Shown here piece after piece: positions 1 to 12,036 of a DNA stretch of 64,000 bases; within the stretch, counting starts at the first letter, position 1, and the number at the start of each line of letters is the position of its first letter. This DNA is from Lama glama (lineage: Eukaryota). The position numbers and the translations under genes are program-made. Where the stretch lies: assembly GCA_028534125.1 (NCBI GenBank), contig CM052816.1, positions 24,802,001-24,866,000 on the forward strand. Reading direction: 5' to 3'. The notes beneath the pieces are model-generated. The model searched no databases. It was not told the origin of the DNA and saw only the letters and a program-made list of their open reading frames with translations.

Positions 1-800
1 TCCCTTTTCCCACCTCCCTACTCCCCTTAATCTAATCTCCTACTCTGCAATTTAGTTGGAAGGGGGTGCAGTGTCTCCTCTTTGTTGATGTGCCTTCAGT
101 GCAGGGCAGGCACTGTAGACAGGGCTCCTTCTACAGTCTTCATGGTGCCTAACGGGGAGGAAGGAGGGATGCTGCCTCTGTTTATACTCGTGTAGAGAAA
201 GAGGGGCGATTGGCTGGAACGGGGGAAAGGGCTCTGCCTCCTGTGCAGCTATTGCAGGGTGTGGCTGGTTGGCAGCATTCTACCTAACGGTATCTACAAC
301 ACCCAGGGTAGAGGGAGGGGAGAGAGACACTGCAGCCTCTGCTTGGTTGGTGTAGTGTGAGATGTTTGACTTGGCTCTGTTCCGCAATCACTGCAATGCC
401 TGGCATGCAGGGGAAGAGGCACAGTTTCTTTGAGATGTTGCCCTGGAGTAGGGGAGATATTGTCAAAGGGTTCTGTCCTGCATGGCTGCCTCCTTCCCTG
501 TGCTTTGACCAGCAAAAGCAGTCTTTTTGTTGTTGTTGTTTGAGTCTCTTTATCTCTTTGTGTTTCAGGGTTGCAGTCTGTTGTTGTGTCAAGGCCAAGA
601 TATATAGGAGAATGAAACAAACCAAACCAAAGAATTCATCAACACTTGTTCCTTGAATCTGCAGGTCCTTAGCCAGTCTGCCTTTTTTCTCTACCTTTCA
701 CAATCTTCTGATTATACTATTTATTTTGTTTAGACTGTTCAGTTGTAATTAGTGAGATGAGTACTGTGGAACATGATTATTCCTTCTCATCTGGAAGCCT
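1..800 (-). mobile_element. Old L1 (L1M-type) 5' region
   Basis: cttagccagtctgcc...ctacctttca...ttgtaattagtgagatgagta...tctggaag resembles the reverse of an ancient L1 5' end. Confidence 0.55.
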
Positions 801-1109
801 TGGTTCCTTTGTCATGGCAATATATATCAAACTTTTTAGAAGAGTGAATAGGATGTGAGGCTCTAACCTAACCATCTTCAGATTTTTGATGAATTTTTAA
901 TTAATCACCATAAGTGAAAGTGGCCTATAATCACCAACATTCAGTAAAATAAGTTTATTGTAAATATAATATTGTATGTGTTGTTAATTTAGGGATATCA
1001 TTTAAATAATCATACTCCACTGAGTTTGCTTCTTAGGTTTTTAATGCAATATTTTGGACACCACAGAAAGATAAAGAAAGAGCAACTTTTTCTGTCCTTT
1101 CCTTTCCTT

Positions 1110-2001
1110 TCTTTTTGAGGAACTGCATCTTCTCCCTCTGAGGGACTATCTAGCATGCCTTACCCTTCATATGCAAGGAATGGGCATGGGACCCAAGCTT
1201 GGGCAACTGTGTGCTCTCTCCCAGGATTCTGTTCATGAAAAAGGAAAAAAAAACCAACTGAATAGATTTCAAATTCATTCACTCTGGCAGCTACAGAGCC
1301 TTGTAGGTAACTTGTATTTTAGCTTAGATTTCCCTAAAAGGGGAGAGCCTAACATAGGACTTGTGGGCAGGGAAATGTATTTGGGGAAGAAGTTTCAAGC
1401 AACAGTTGTAGAGGACAGGAAGGATAAAGCAGGGAAGGAGGGAGAGCCCAGTCAGAGCTGCACTGTTCAAGGCAAGCTGATCACTGTTCTAGGCACTTGA
1501 GGCTTAATCACACTGATAATTTTATGCAGAACCACGGAGGAAGCAGCTCAAAATGATCTAGTTGAGGGGTGGAGGAGGGTAGCATTTTCCCAGCGGCTCA
1601 TGTCCCATTGGTTGCCAGATGAGTTGCTACCTCCTTCACATCTCCATATTGTTGTTTTATGTGCCAGAATGGCTGAGTGGGCTCCCACAAGCATCCTTTG
1701 TGGCAGAGAAGTCCCCATACGGAGGGGGCTGTCACATTATACCTGTGTAGCTGCTTTCTGCAGGGAAGGTTGGAATACAAAGTTGGCCTAAGAGGATGTG
1801 AGATGGGGGTAAGCAGTCTCCAATACATGTTTCCATCAGTTCTCCTCTTCAAAGCTCCACAGATGCCTTGTTGGCCCTTCTCACCTTAATCCTGTGAGCA
1901 ATTCCCAAATCAATTTATAACAAATTCTCTCTCTTTTTTTTTTTGCGTATGTTAGCCAGAATGAGTTTCTGTGGATTGCAACCAAAGAACCCTAACTGAC
2001 A
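1110..2001 (+). mobile_element. MaLR (MLT1J-like) LTR interrupted by an ERVL LTR16-like LTR (~1314-1830, opposite strand)
   Basis: MLT1 3' terminus gttagccagaatgagtttctgtggattgcaaccaaagaaccctaactgacac. The insert has LTR16-like motifs (gtatttgggga, tcccattggttg). Confidence 0.65.
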
Positions 2002-2042
2002 CTTCCATTAATCTGTTCTCTTTTGCTGGGAGATAGTTTCAC

Positions 2043-2626
2043 CTGTGGTGAAAGTCTATCTCCTTGGTTGAATCTTGGCATGTCTATCAAAATGCTTAAG
2101 CTATGCTTCAAGGACCATATGGGTGTTGTTAAAATAGAATCTTCTAGCCCTAGATGCTGAAGTGTCCCTGTTAGCTTCTGATCCTTCACAGTTAGGCCTA
2201 ACTTATTTACATAGTATTTAATGACATGAGTGCTTTAGTTTTGAATAGATGTAAAGAGGCAGCAAATTGAAAATGGAAGGTAAAGAGATACAGGTGGATG
2301 TTATCACCTAAATAGTATTTGGTTTTCTGAAATTACGATTATGACACTCCTGAATGATCTCTGATCCCACTGTATTATAATGTGACAGATGTATATTGCT
2401 GTGATTTCTCTAGTGATGTTTGTGTTGCTTCCTTGTCATCTTTAATAACAAAGCAGCTGGACGGATTAAATGGAAATGATTTATTCTCTGTGAATGTCAT
2501 AGTCAAAGTGTGCTGTCATAGTAACAGGTTGAAGCCTTTCCATTCGGATGTTATTATGCACAATATGGTGGTACAGCTAGCATCCTCCTTCCATCCCATT
2601 GTATCAGTGACACAGTATATGCATTT
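2043..2626 (-). pseudogene. Pseudo-exon(s): NAYTVSLIQWDGRRMLAVPPYCA**HPNGKASTCYYDSTL ... THVIKYYVNKLGLTVKDQKLTGTLQHLGLEDSILTTPIWSLKHSLSILIDMPRFNQGDRLSPQ
   Basis: Acceptor ctctccatcaattcctggctag|A (phase 2), an open stretch of ~63 codons at 2231-2043 (overlaps ORF 1992..2189), weak donor CAG|GTGAAA. Confidence 0.5.
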
Positions 2627-2699
2627 CTAGCCAGGAATTGATGGAGAGGCCTTTTGTGATCACTAGCAACAAAAATTTTAAATGCAAATTATATTGAAC

Positions 2700-5557
2700 A
2701 TATTAAAAAATGTCCATATTATCATTTTACCTGAAATTTCACTAAGTAGACATAGCAATCAGGACCCAGATCAAGACATAGATTATCAGTAATGTTAGAA
2801 GCTACTTCATATCTCTGTCAAGTCACAACTCCATGTCTTGGGTAACCACTATCTTGACTTTTACCACGACAAAATAGTTTCTCCTGATTTATTAATTATT
2901 TTTTTAATATTCTATTTAAATTTTTTATTGACGTTAAAATCTACATTTTGCGAAATAAACCTTAAATGGTGCAGTTTAATGAGTCTTGAGAAATGTGTAC
3001 AGTCACATAACCAGCAACTCTATCAGCATATAGAACATTTCCATCACCGCAAGTTTTCCTTTGCCCTTCTTCAGTCAATTCCTCTTCTCCTGAAAGCAAC
3101 CACTTTCCTGAAATGTTTTGCTGTAGATTAGGTTTGCTTGTTCTTGAAACTCACATAAATGGAATTGTATAGGACATATTTTTATATCTGGCTTATCTTT
3201 TCTCATCTGAAGTTTTTGAGATTTTTAAAAAATATATGTATAATTAATTTGGTTTTTCTATTTATGAGTAGTAATCCACAATATAAATATACTACGGCTT
3301 ATTAATCCAGTATTTTGTTGTGGGATAGTGGCTAGTTTCTAGCTTTTGCCTATAGTGAATATGCTTCTATAAACATTCAGTCTTTTTGTAGAAATAGGAT
3401 TTTATCTCTCTGTGATGGAGTTTCTGGATCATAGGTAGGTATGTATTTAATTGTAATGGAAATTTCCAAACCATTTTCTGAAAGGGCATATAATTTTACA
3501 TTCTCCCTGGCAATGTACAAAAGTTTTCATTACTTTAAATTCTTGTCACTATTTGATGTATTTAGTCTTTTCAAATTTTGCCATTCTTGTCAGTGTGTTG
3601 TGCTATCTCATTGTGATTTTGATTTATAATTCGATAATAATTTCTTATTGTTGATGAACTCCAATTTATCAGTATTTTCTTTGAAGGTTAGTGCTTTCTG
3701 TGTTCTAAGAAATCTTTGCCTATCTTAGGGTCAGAAAGATACCCTCCTATGTTTTATTTTAGAACATTTGGCTTTTATAATTGGCCTTTAATCCATATGA
3801 CATTAATTTTGTGTATGATTTAAGGAGAGGTGCATTAGAATTTCCAGTTGTTTTACCTCCTTATGTTAAAAAGGCTCTTTTCATCTGTTAATTTGTTTGT
3901 ACATTGTGAAGTCAACACCACTATTTCTTGATTGCTGTAACTTTAGAATAAATCTTGAAATGAGAAAGAATAAGTTGTCCAAATATTTTCTTCTTTTGTA
4001 GGACTATTTTGGCTATTCTAGGTCTTTTCATTTTAATATATATTTTAGAATCAGTGTGTCAGATTTTACAAAAGATCTGCTGGTATTTTGGTTGAGATTG
4101 CATTGGGGAAATGGACAACTTAATAACCTTAAGTCTTTAATTGCATGAACATGGTATATTTTTATGTATATATTTAGGAATTTTTGAATATCTCAGTAAT
4201 ATTTTGTAGTTCGCAATGCAGAAGTCTTATACATCTTTTATTAAATTTACCCCTAAGTATTTAATGTTTTTTCAGTCTGTTTCAAATGATAATAACTTTT
4301 AGAAATTTTATTTTCCATCTTTTCATTGGTAATGTATAGACATATAAGAAATATATATTGTTTCTACTAGATTATATGTTTCTACTAGATTTTCATAGGT
4401 TTATAGGATTTTCTGCATCCTCAGTTATATAGCATGTGAATGAAGTATAGCTTTATTTTTTCTTTTTTAACCTTTATAACTTTCATTTAGGTTTCTTTCT
4501 TTAATTGTTGTCTAGGACCTCCAGTTACAATGCTGCATAGACTTGTTAAAAGTCAACATCTTGGACTTATAATATCAAGGGGGAAAGAATTTACTATTTC
4601 AACATTAAGTATGATGATAGCTGTAGATGTTTTTAGGAAATAAGTACCCTTTATCAGATTATGGCAGTTCCATCTATACCTAGTTTGATAAAAGGCTTTT
4701 GTTTGATCATGAATGGATGCTGAGTTTTGCCAAAAGCTTTCCTGCGTATATTGAAGTGCTCATGTGATTTCCTTTTACAGTTAACATGGTGAATGACATT
4801 AATTTATACAAATGGTAAATTAATTTTGCATCCTGAGATAAATTCCACTTGGTCATGTTATATTACCTTTTTTATGTATTTCGTGATGTGACTTGCTAAT
4901 ATTTTGCTGAGGATTTTTACATTTATGTTCATGAGAGATACTGGTCTGTAGTTATTTTTCTTGTAATATCTTTGTCAGGTTTGGTGTCAGGGTTATGTTA
5001 ACCTCATTAAAAAGTTAGAAAGTGTTATATCCTATATTTTTAAAAGTATGTGTAAGAATGAATTATTTTTTCTCAAGTATTTGACATAATTCATTTAGAG
5101 AAACTTCTGAATTTTTTCTCCTTTAATATTTGACAGAATTCACAAATGAAATCATCCGGATATGGGAAAGTTTTGAGTTAAAACTCAATTTTTAATAGAT
5201 ATATGGCTATTTAAAATTTCTCTTTCTACTTATGTCAGTTTGGTAATTTGTGTACTTTGAAGATTGGTCCATTTTATCTTAGTTGTCAATTTTATTGATT
5301 AAAAAGTACTTTTTTATATTTGTAGAATATATAGTGATATCCCCTCCTTTATTTCTGATATTGGCATTTCGAATTTTTGTCTTTTTTTCTTGGTCAGTCT
5401 TGCTAAGTATTGTTTAATTTAAATTGTTTCTCAAAAACCAATATTTGGCTTTATTAAGTTTTTCCATATTATTTTTTCTTTGTCTTTGATTTCCTTTTGT
5501 TATCTTGGTTGTTTACTTCTACTTATTTTAAGTTTAATTTACTCTTATTTTTCTAAC
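2700..5557 (-). mobile_element. Old L1 (ORF2 to 3' UTR), degraded, with a nested L1 3' fragment
   Basis: Reverse L1 ORF2 and 3' motifs, e.g. ttaagtatgatgatagctgtag and ttccacttggtcatg. Confidence 0.85.
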
Positions 5558-7145
5558 CAAACCAAAAGTTGATTTTTAAAAAATGATTAATAAAGTTTTA
5601 AATCCCTAGCAAGGCTAATCAAGGGAAGAAACTTGAAAAAGGAGACCAAATAAATTACCAACATCAGGAACCACAAAGGGGACATCAGCAGATATGCATA
5701 CTATAGATATCAAAATGAAAACGGTAGGAATTTGTGAACAACGGTATGCCAATAAATTCTACAACTTGGATGAATGTGCAAATTCCTTGAAAGACATTAT
5801 CAAAATTAACATAAGAAGAAATAGAAAATATGAATAGTGCCATATTTACTGAAGAAGTTGAATTCTTGGTGACTGATTCTGCCCTCCCCTCCAACAAACT
5901 CTGTTCTTAATGTTTTTACCTAAGGATTCTATTTTAAAAAGAATAAATGGCAACTCAATACAAACTCTTTCAGAAAATAGCTAGAGGGACAGCTTCATAA
6001 CTGCTTATTGTTTTGTTTTTTGAAATAATAAAATATACCTTCAAAGATATAATAAAACAGTAAAATTTCAGGTCAATATCCCTTGTGAATATAGACACAA
6101 AAGTCTCTCAAAAAATTTAGCAAATTAAATCTAGTAACACATAAAAAGGATAATACAACACAGCCAACGAGTTTTCCCAAGAATGTGAGGTTGACTTGCC
6201 ATTTGAATGCCAATCAATGTAATACATCTCATTAACAGAATAAAGTATAAAATCCATATAATCTTCCTATTAGATGTAAAAGAGCATACAACAAAATTCA
6301 ATACCCCTTCATGACATTACCTCTCATCAAATAAGAACAGAAGGGAAAGGTCTTACTCTGATAAAAGTCATCTGTGAGAAATCTATGGCTAATATCATAC
6401 TTAATGTTGAAACGATAATCCTTTTCTCTTAAATTATGGAAAAAAGCAAAAATACCTACTTTTCTATTTTACTATTTCTGTTTAACATTTACTAAATGTC
6501 CATACCAATTCAATAATGCAAGAAAACAAGGTGAAAGGAATACAGATTAGAAAACAAGAAGTAAAACTGTCATTTCAGGATGATATGATAGTGGCTATAG
6601 AAAACTCTGTGCTATTTATAACAAAAATGGTTAAAACTAAAATGTGTACTTAGAAGGATTGAAGAGACAAAGCTAACACAAAAACCAACTATTTGAAAAT
6701 TAGGTTAAAAATTAATACTGTTTATAATGGTATTTTAAAACATCAGGTCCTAAAGAGTAGCTCTAATGAAACATATGCAAGACCTCTACATGGAAAACTA
6801 CAAAACAGCTGAGAGGAATTATAGAAATCCTAAATAAATATATGGTATTATGTTTATGGATTAAAAAAACATATTGTTTACCTTTCCATTCTACCTAAAG
6901 GGATCTGTAGATCCAATTCCTAGCCAAATCTCAGCAGGCTATTTTGAAGAAATATATAAGGTGATTCCAAAATATATATGGAAATGCAAACAACCTAGAG
7001 CAGCCCAAACAATCTTAAAAAAGAGCAAAGTTGGAGGACTTAGAGGACTTGGTTTCAAGACTTACTATATATCTGCAGAATGTAAGGCAGTCATTAGTGT
7101 GTGTGCAGAATAACAGATTAACAGAAGAGAATGGAGAGTCCAGAG
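5558..7145 (+). mobile_element. Old L1 ORF2 fragment
   Basis: Forward ORF2 motifs; ORF 6874..7113 gives IPKYIWKCKQPRAAQTILKKSKVGGL...FKTYY, typical of L1 ORF2. Confidence 0.9.
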
Positions 7146-7433
7146 GGACATGTGTATATGTATGTACACCCCCCCATATATATAAATATATACATATGTA
7201 CTTTTCTATGCAAATGAGGATAGAATAATAGTTCCATGTAACAAAAAGTTAATCCACAAATAGAATAGCATGTGTCTGTGCATGTGTGTATAGTTAAAAT
7301 GCCATAGGAATGTATAACTGTTTTTTACAATTTTAGTTGATAAGATAGGTTAAATTTGAATGCTGATGTCTTATGAATCTCGCTTTCTTGGAGGAAGAGA
7401 ATGATAGAGGGTAAAAAAATTAGGCATTGTATT

Positions 7434-7689
7434 CCAGGGGTTCTTAATGGGAGTAGAGGGTAGGGGTTGGAGGATGATGGATTGAGATAGGTGGTGGGTT
7501 GGAGGGTGGGGAGGGGGGAAGATTTTGCCCCCATGGGACATTTGACAATGTCTGGAGACATTTTTGGTTGTCACAACTGTGAGAGGGGTGCTGCTGGCAT
7601 TTAGTGGGTAGAGGCACAGGGTAGCCCACTCACAACAAAGAATTATTTGGTTTAAATGTTGGTAGTGCCAAGGTTGAGAAACTCTACTG
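7434..7689 (+). mobile_element. MER20 (hAT-Charlie) DNA transposon
   Basis: gattttgcccccatgggacatttgacaatgtctggagacatttttggttgtcacaactg...gccaaggttgagaaac. Confidence 0.9.
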
Positions 7690-7699
7690 TATTCTTATG

Positions 7700-7870
7700 G
7701 ATTTGGGTTAAAATACCAGCTGTGCCTCCCTTTTACCTATGTGATCTTGAGAAAAACGTTAGAATGAGACTTATGTTTACTTCCAGTGTTGTTGTGAAGA
7801 ATAACTATAAGAAATAGAAAGTTAGCCCAGTGTTAGGAACATAATATACCTCCAAAAACTGGTAGCTATT
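7700..7870 (+). mobile_element. MIR SINE
   Basis: tgtgatcttgaga...gttgttgtgaagaataa...ggtagctatt. Confidence 0.65.
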
Positions 7871-7952
7871 TTTATTGCTACTGTTGCTTTATATTGTATT
7901 AATTTTATATTTATGTGAGATTCCTTAAGGTTCAGTTTTGAAATTATCTCGC

Positions 7953-8232
7953 CTTTGAGAAAAGAGAGGAAAATATCTGAAAAGGCCAACTAGCTTGTAA
8001 ATGGGGAATTTGCCACAGTGTTTCCCCTTGAGGCATAAAAAGGGACCCAAAGGTCACACTGACAATGTGTAGGGCTATATATTGATTATATTTTGTTCAT
8101 ACGGACCACCAATTACAAATAACTTTGTGATGCACAGTGTTACCTGAACAGATACATGTTTTGATTTCTATTACCAGTGTTGCCTCCAAAAATAAGGTGT
8201 AACAGTTGGGCTGGTAATTGGAGCCCATTTAG
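7953..8232 (-). pseudogene. Candidate pseudo-exon ending in phase 2
   Basis: Strong acceptor ttctctatttctcaacag|CT. Ends either at 8144 (CAG|GTAACA; open LNGLQLPAQLLHLIFGGNTGNRNQNMYLF) or at 7953 (AAG|GCGAGA; ...KLFVIGGPYEQNIINI*...CLKGKHCGKFPIYKLVGLFRYFPLFSQ). Both ends are phase 2, matching the next exon. Confidence 0.45.
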
Positions 8233-8489
8233 CTGTTGAGAAATAGAGAATTTAAAACCATACAATTTATAATATGTTGTTTATTTTAGCATATATAATA
8301 TATTGCATATTTTTAAAATGTCTGGTTGGGGATACAAATACTGCTCTGCACATCATGCTTATTCAGAGAAAGTGAGATAAAACTCCATCTCTGTGCTTAA
8401 AGGATAATTGAAAATCTTGAGGATTATGCTGTCATTATAATAGACATTCAAATAGACTTGCTTTTTTAAAAAAATAAGTTGTATTAACT

Positions 8490-8880
8490 TTTCTAACTTT
8501 ATTGAGGCATAATTGACAAATTAAAGTTGTACATATTTAGAGAATAAAATATGATTTTTTAAAAAGTGTACAGCCTGATGATTTAATATATGTATACAAT
8601 TGTGAAATGATTACCACAGTGATGTTAACACATTCATCACCTCACACACCTTTTTTGGTGTGTGTGATAGGAACACTTAGATACTTTCTCAGCAGTTTTG
8701 GAGTATACAGCGCGTTATTATTAGCTATAGTCACCATGTTGTACATTAGATTCCCAGAACTTATAACTGAAAGTTTGTACCCTTTGAATAACTTCTCCCC
8801 ATTTTCCCAAACCTCTGGCCCCTGGCAAAAATCATTCTACTCTCTAGTTCTGTGAGTATAACTTTTTTAGAATCCAGACA
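8490..8880 (-). mobile_element. L1MA-type 3' end
   Basis: tttattgaggcataattgacaaa...ttgtgaaatgattaccacag...gtcaccatgttgtacattaga. Confidence 0.85.
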
Positions 8881-8884
8881 GAGG

Positions 8885-9350
8885 GAGAGAGAGACAATAT
8901 GAATTTGAGGAGTTAGAGATGAGATGGGAAAGTCTGATGAATTTGAGGAAAGTATGGGGTGAATCTGGGACTGTTTTAGAACAAATTAGTTTTAAGACAT
9001 CTATAATATGTCCAAGTGGAAATGTTTCGTAGTAAGCTGGATATTTAGCAAATAGATTTGCTTTTTTATTGCAGGGTTTTCTTGTTGCATAAAATAGGGT
9101 GGAGAGTCTTAGAGTAGAGCTGTGCTACCTGCTCATTAACCAAATTACCCAAATAGGAGGCTTTCATTCCTTGATCAGTGTTTACTGAGTGCTTGCTATG
9201 GGTCTGGTCCTGTGCTGGAAGTTGGGAGTATCACTGTAAACAAAATTGTCTAGTGGAGATTATAATGCCATAATCAGATAAACATGTAATTTCAAACTAT
9301 AAGAAGTACTATGAAGGAAAGTTAAAGGAGCTCACCACTGAAGTAAGAAA
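8885..9350. mobile_element. L2 fragments
   Basis: tttaagacatctataatatgtccaagtggaaatgt; tttactgagtgcttgctatggg...tgtgctgg. Confidence 0.6.
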
Positions 9351-9649
9351 GCATTGCTCTGAATATTTTTATTTCTAAAGATAATTTGGTACTATTTCTT
9401 TTATTTGTTCATTTTCATTCCTTCTCATTCTCTCTCCTTCTCCCTCTCTCTCTTTCTTTCACTACTTATTAAATCTATCCCAGTTATGTTCTAGCAGTTG
9501 GGGAAAAAATGTGAACAAAACAGTCATGATGTCTTCATGGAATTTGGAGTTTAGCTTTTTAAGTGATGAAATGTTTTAAAGTAAAGAAACGAAATTAAAC
9601 TTTGCCATTTCCCTTGCAAAATCACAAATAAGGGAAAAAAAGAAAGCAA

Positions 9650-9922
9650 GACAAATTAACTGCAGATCAGATTAAACCACATAGGTATTAGTGATGCCAA
9701 TTACACACTGACTTATGTGACAACACATGAACAAACTTGCCGTTTATTGTATTTGAGGGAGAAAGGAGAGGATCTGTTGACATCATTAAATAATGACCTT
9801 GATTATTGAAAAAGAAGGAGAAGATGCAGAGAAGAACATCAGCAGAATGTCCTGATTACATTACAGTTTTCTAGCAGACAGGAGACTGTCTCTGGCTAGG
9901 AGACAGCCTTTGTCATCCATTT
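9650..9922 (-). pseudogene. Candidate pseudo-exon (MDDKGCLLARDSLLSARKL*CNQDILLMFF.../NQGHYLMMSTDPLLSPSNTINGKFVHVLSHKSVCNWHH)
   Basis: Modest acceptor aattttag|AA, coding-like fragments in a repeat-free island; donor not identified. Confidence 0.35.
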
Positions 9923-10334
9923 CTAAAATTAATTCTATTAGTTTAAATATTCACAAAACATGTAATTTCTTACTTTGTCTCTAGTAAATAGAAATTATCA
10001 ATAGATTTTTAAAATAAAAGGTCTCAAATTTAATAATATATTTTTATAAGTGATTATTTAGCATTTCATTTATTAAGGCTTAATTATTGTCTCTTCTATA
10101 TAATAAGTCCATTGCATACCTTGTAAATGCTTCCAATAATCACATGAAATTTTAATGAATACACAATAATGGTTTATTAATTTTAAATTAAATGTACTTG
10201 TTCACTACTGAAAATAAATTTAAAGTACCACTATGAATAACTCAGGAAAGTAAATTCATTATTACACAAGGGAGACTATTACTTTGGGTATTTATATCTG
10301 TAAATACTCTTGTTCTCAAAGGCTAAAAATAACT

Positions 10335-10570
10335 GATAGAATTTGAGTGATCTTCTGTGTGTCATGAACACATTGTGATTATCAGATGTACTTTACATGG
10401 ATTATTTAATTTAATTTTTATGCATTAGTAAGGCAGGCCTGGTATTTTGTTCAATTTAGAAATGGGAAAAACATGTTTAGAGAGGTTACATGTCAAGCTC
10501 AAACTCATGTCTTCTAAGAGTTGATAACAGGATTTAAATTTAAGCATTTAAAATCCTAGGAGCTTAACCA
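10335..10570 (-). mobile_element. MIR SINE
   Basis: tgtactttacatggattatttaatttaat...agagaggttaca...caggatttaaatttaagc. Confidence 0.6.
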
Positions 10571-10749
10571 GTGTTTCAGTAGAGTAACATAAGTGACTTT
10601 GTTTCTGATTTCTGGTTAGATTATAGTTAATCAGATGGGTGATCATAGCTGGCAGTTTTTTTTTTTTGATGCAATAAAATATTTATTAGTTTTAAGTCAA
10701 AAAAAGGCAGTTACTAACCACTATTCAGACAGTAACATAATTAATTTTT

Positions 10750-11330
10750 TTCCAGTTTTATATTGTGGTAAAATACTATAAGATAAAAAATGGCTTAGTT
10801 GGTAAATTTTAAGTGTAAAGCCCAGTACTATTAAATACATTCATAAGGTTGAACAACCATCATTACCATCTATCTCCATAACTCTTTTCATCTTGCAAAA
10901 CAAACTCTATACTCTAAAAAATATGTCCCCATTCTCCTTTGCCCCTAGTCCCTGGAAATCACCATTCTACTTTTGATCTCTATGACTTTGACTATTCTAC
11001 ATACTTCATTTAAATGGAATCATACAGTGTTTGTCTTTTTGTGACTCACTTATTTCACTTAGCATAATGTCCCCAAGGTTCATCCATGCTGTAGCATATG
11101 TTAGAATTTCCTTCCTTTTTAAGGCTGAATAGTATACATAGTATGTATATACCACATTTTGCTTATCTATTCATCGATGGACATTTGGGTTGCTTCCACA
11201 ATTTAGCTATTACAAATAATGCTGCTATGAACATGAGTATACAATTAACTCTTTGAGACTCTGCTTTTAATTATTTTGGATACATACTCAAAAATAGAAT
11301 TGTTGGATCATGTTGTAATTCCATTTTTAC
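10750..11330 (-). mobile_element. Older L1MA/MB 3' fragment inside the transduced segment
   Basis: tattgtggtaaaatac...tttcacttagcataatgtccccaaggttcatccatg...gctgctatgaacatgagt. Confidence 0.85.
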
Positions 11331-11536
11331 TTTTATTTATTTTTTTTTACATTTTTATTGATTCATAATCATTTTACAGTGTTGTGTCAAATTCCAGTGT
11401 TCAGTACAATTTTTCAGTCATACATGGACATATACACACTCATTGTCACATTTTTTTCTCTGTGATTTATCATAACATTTTGTGTATATTTCCCTGTGCT
11501 ATACAGTGTAATCTTGTTTATCTATTCTACAATTTT

Positions 11537-12036
11537 NNNNNNNNNNNNNNNNNNNNNNNNNNNNNNNNNNNNNNNNNNNNNNNNNNNNNNNNNNNNNNNN
11601 NNNNNNNNNNNNNNNNNNNNNNNNNNNNNNNNNNNNNNNNNNNNNNNNNNNNNNNNNNNNNNNNNNNNNNNNNNNNNNNNNNNNNNNNNNNNNNNNNNNN
11701 NNNNNNNNNNNNNNNNNNNNNNNNNNNNNNNNNNNNNNNNNNNNNNNNNNNNNNNNNNNNNNNNNNNNNNNNNNNNNNNNNNNNNNNNNNNNNNNNNNNN
11801 NNNNNNNNNNNNNNNNNNNNNNNNNNNNNNNNNNNNNNNNNNNNNNNNNNNNNNNNNNNNNNNNNNNNNNNNNNNNNNNNNNNNNNNNNNNNNNNNNNNN
11901 NNNNNNNNNNNNNNNNNNNNNNNNNNNNNNNNNNNNNNNNNNNNNNNNNNNNNNNNNNNNNNNNNNNNNNNNNNNNNNNNNNNNNNNNNNNNNNNNNNNN
12001 NNNNNNNNNNNNNNNNNNNNNNNNNNNNNNNNNNNN
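11537..12036. other. Assembly gap (500 N)
   Basis: Run of N. Confidence 1.

Noticed and set aside
284..656. Three overlapping ~100-aa ORFs
   Set aside because: They lie within an old L1 5' region and give no recognisable protein.
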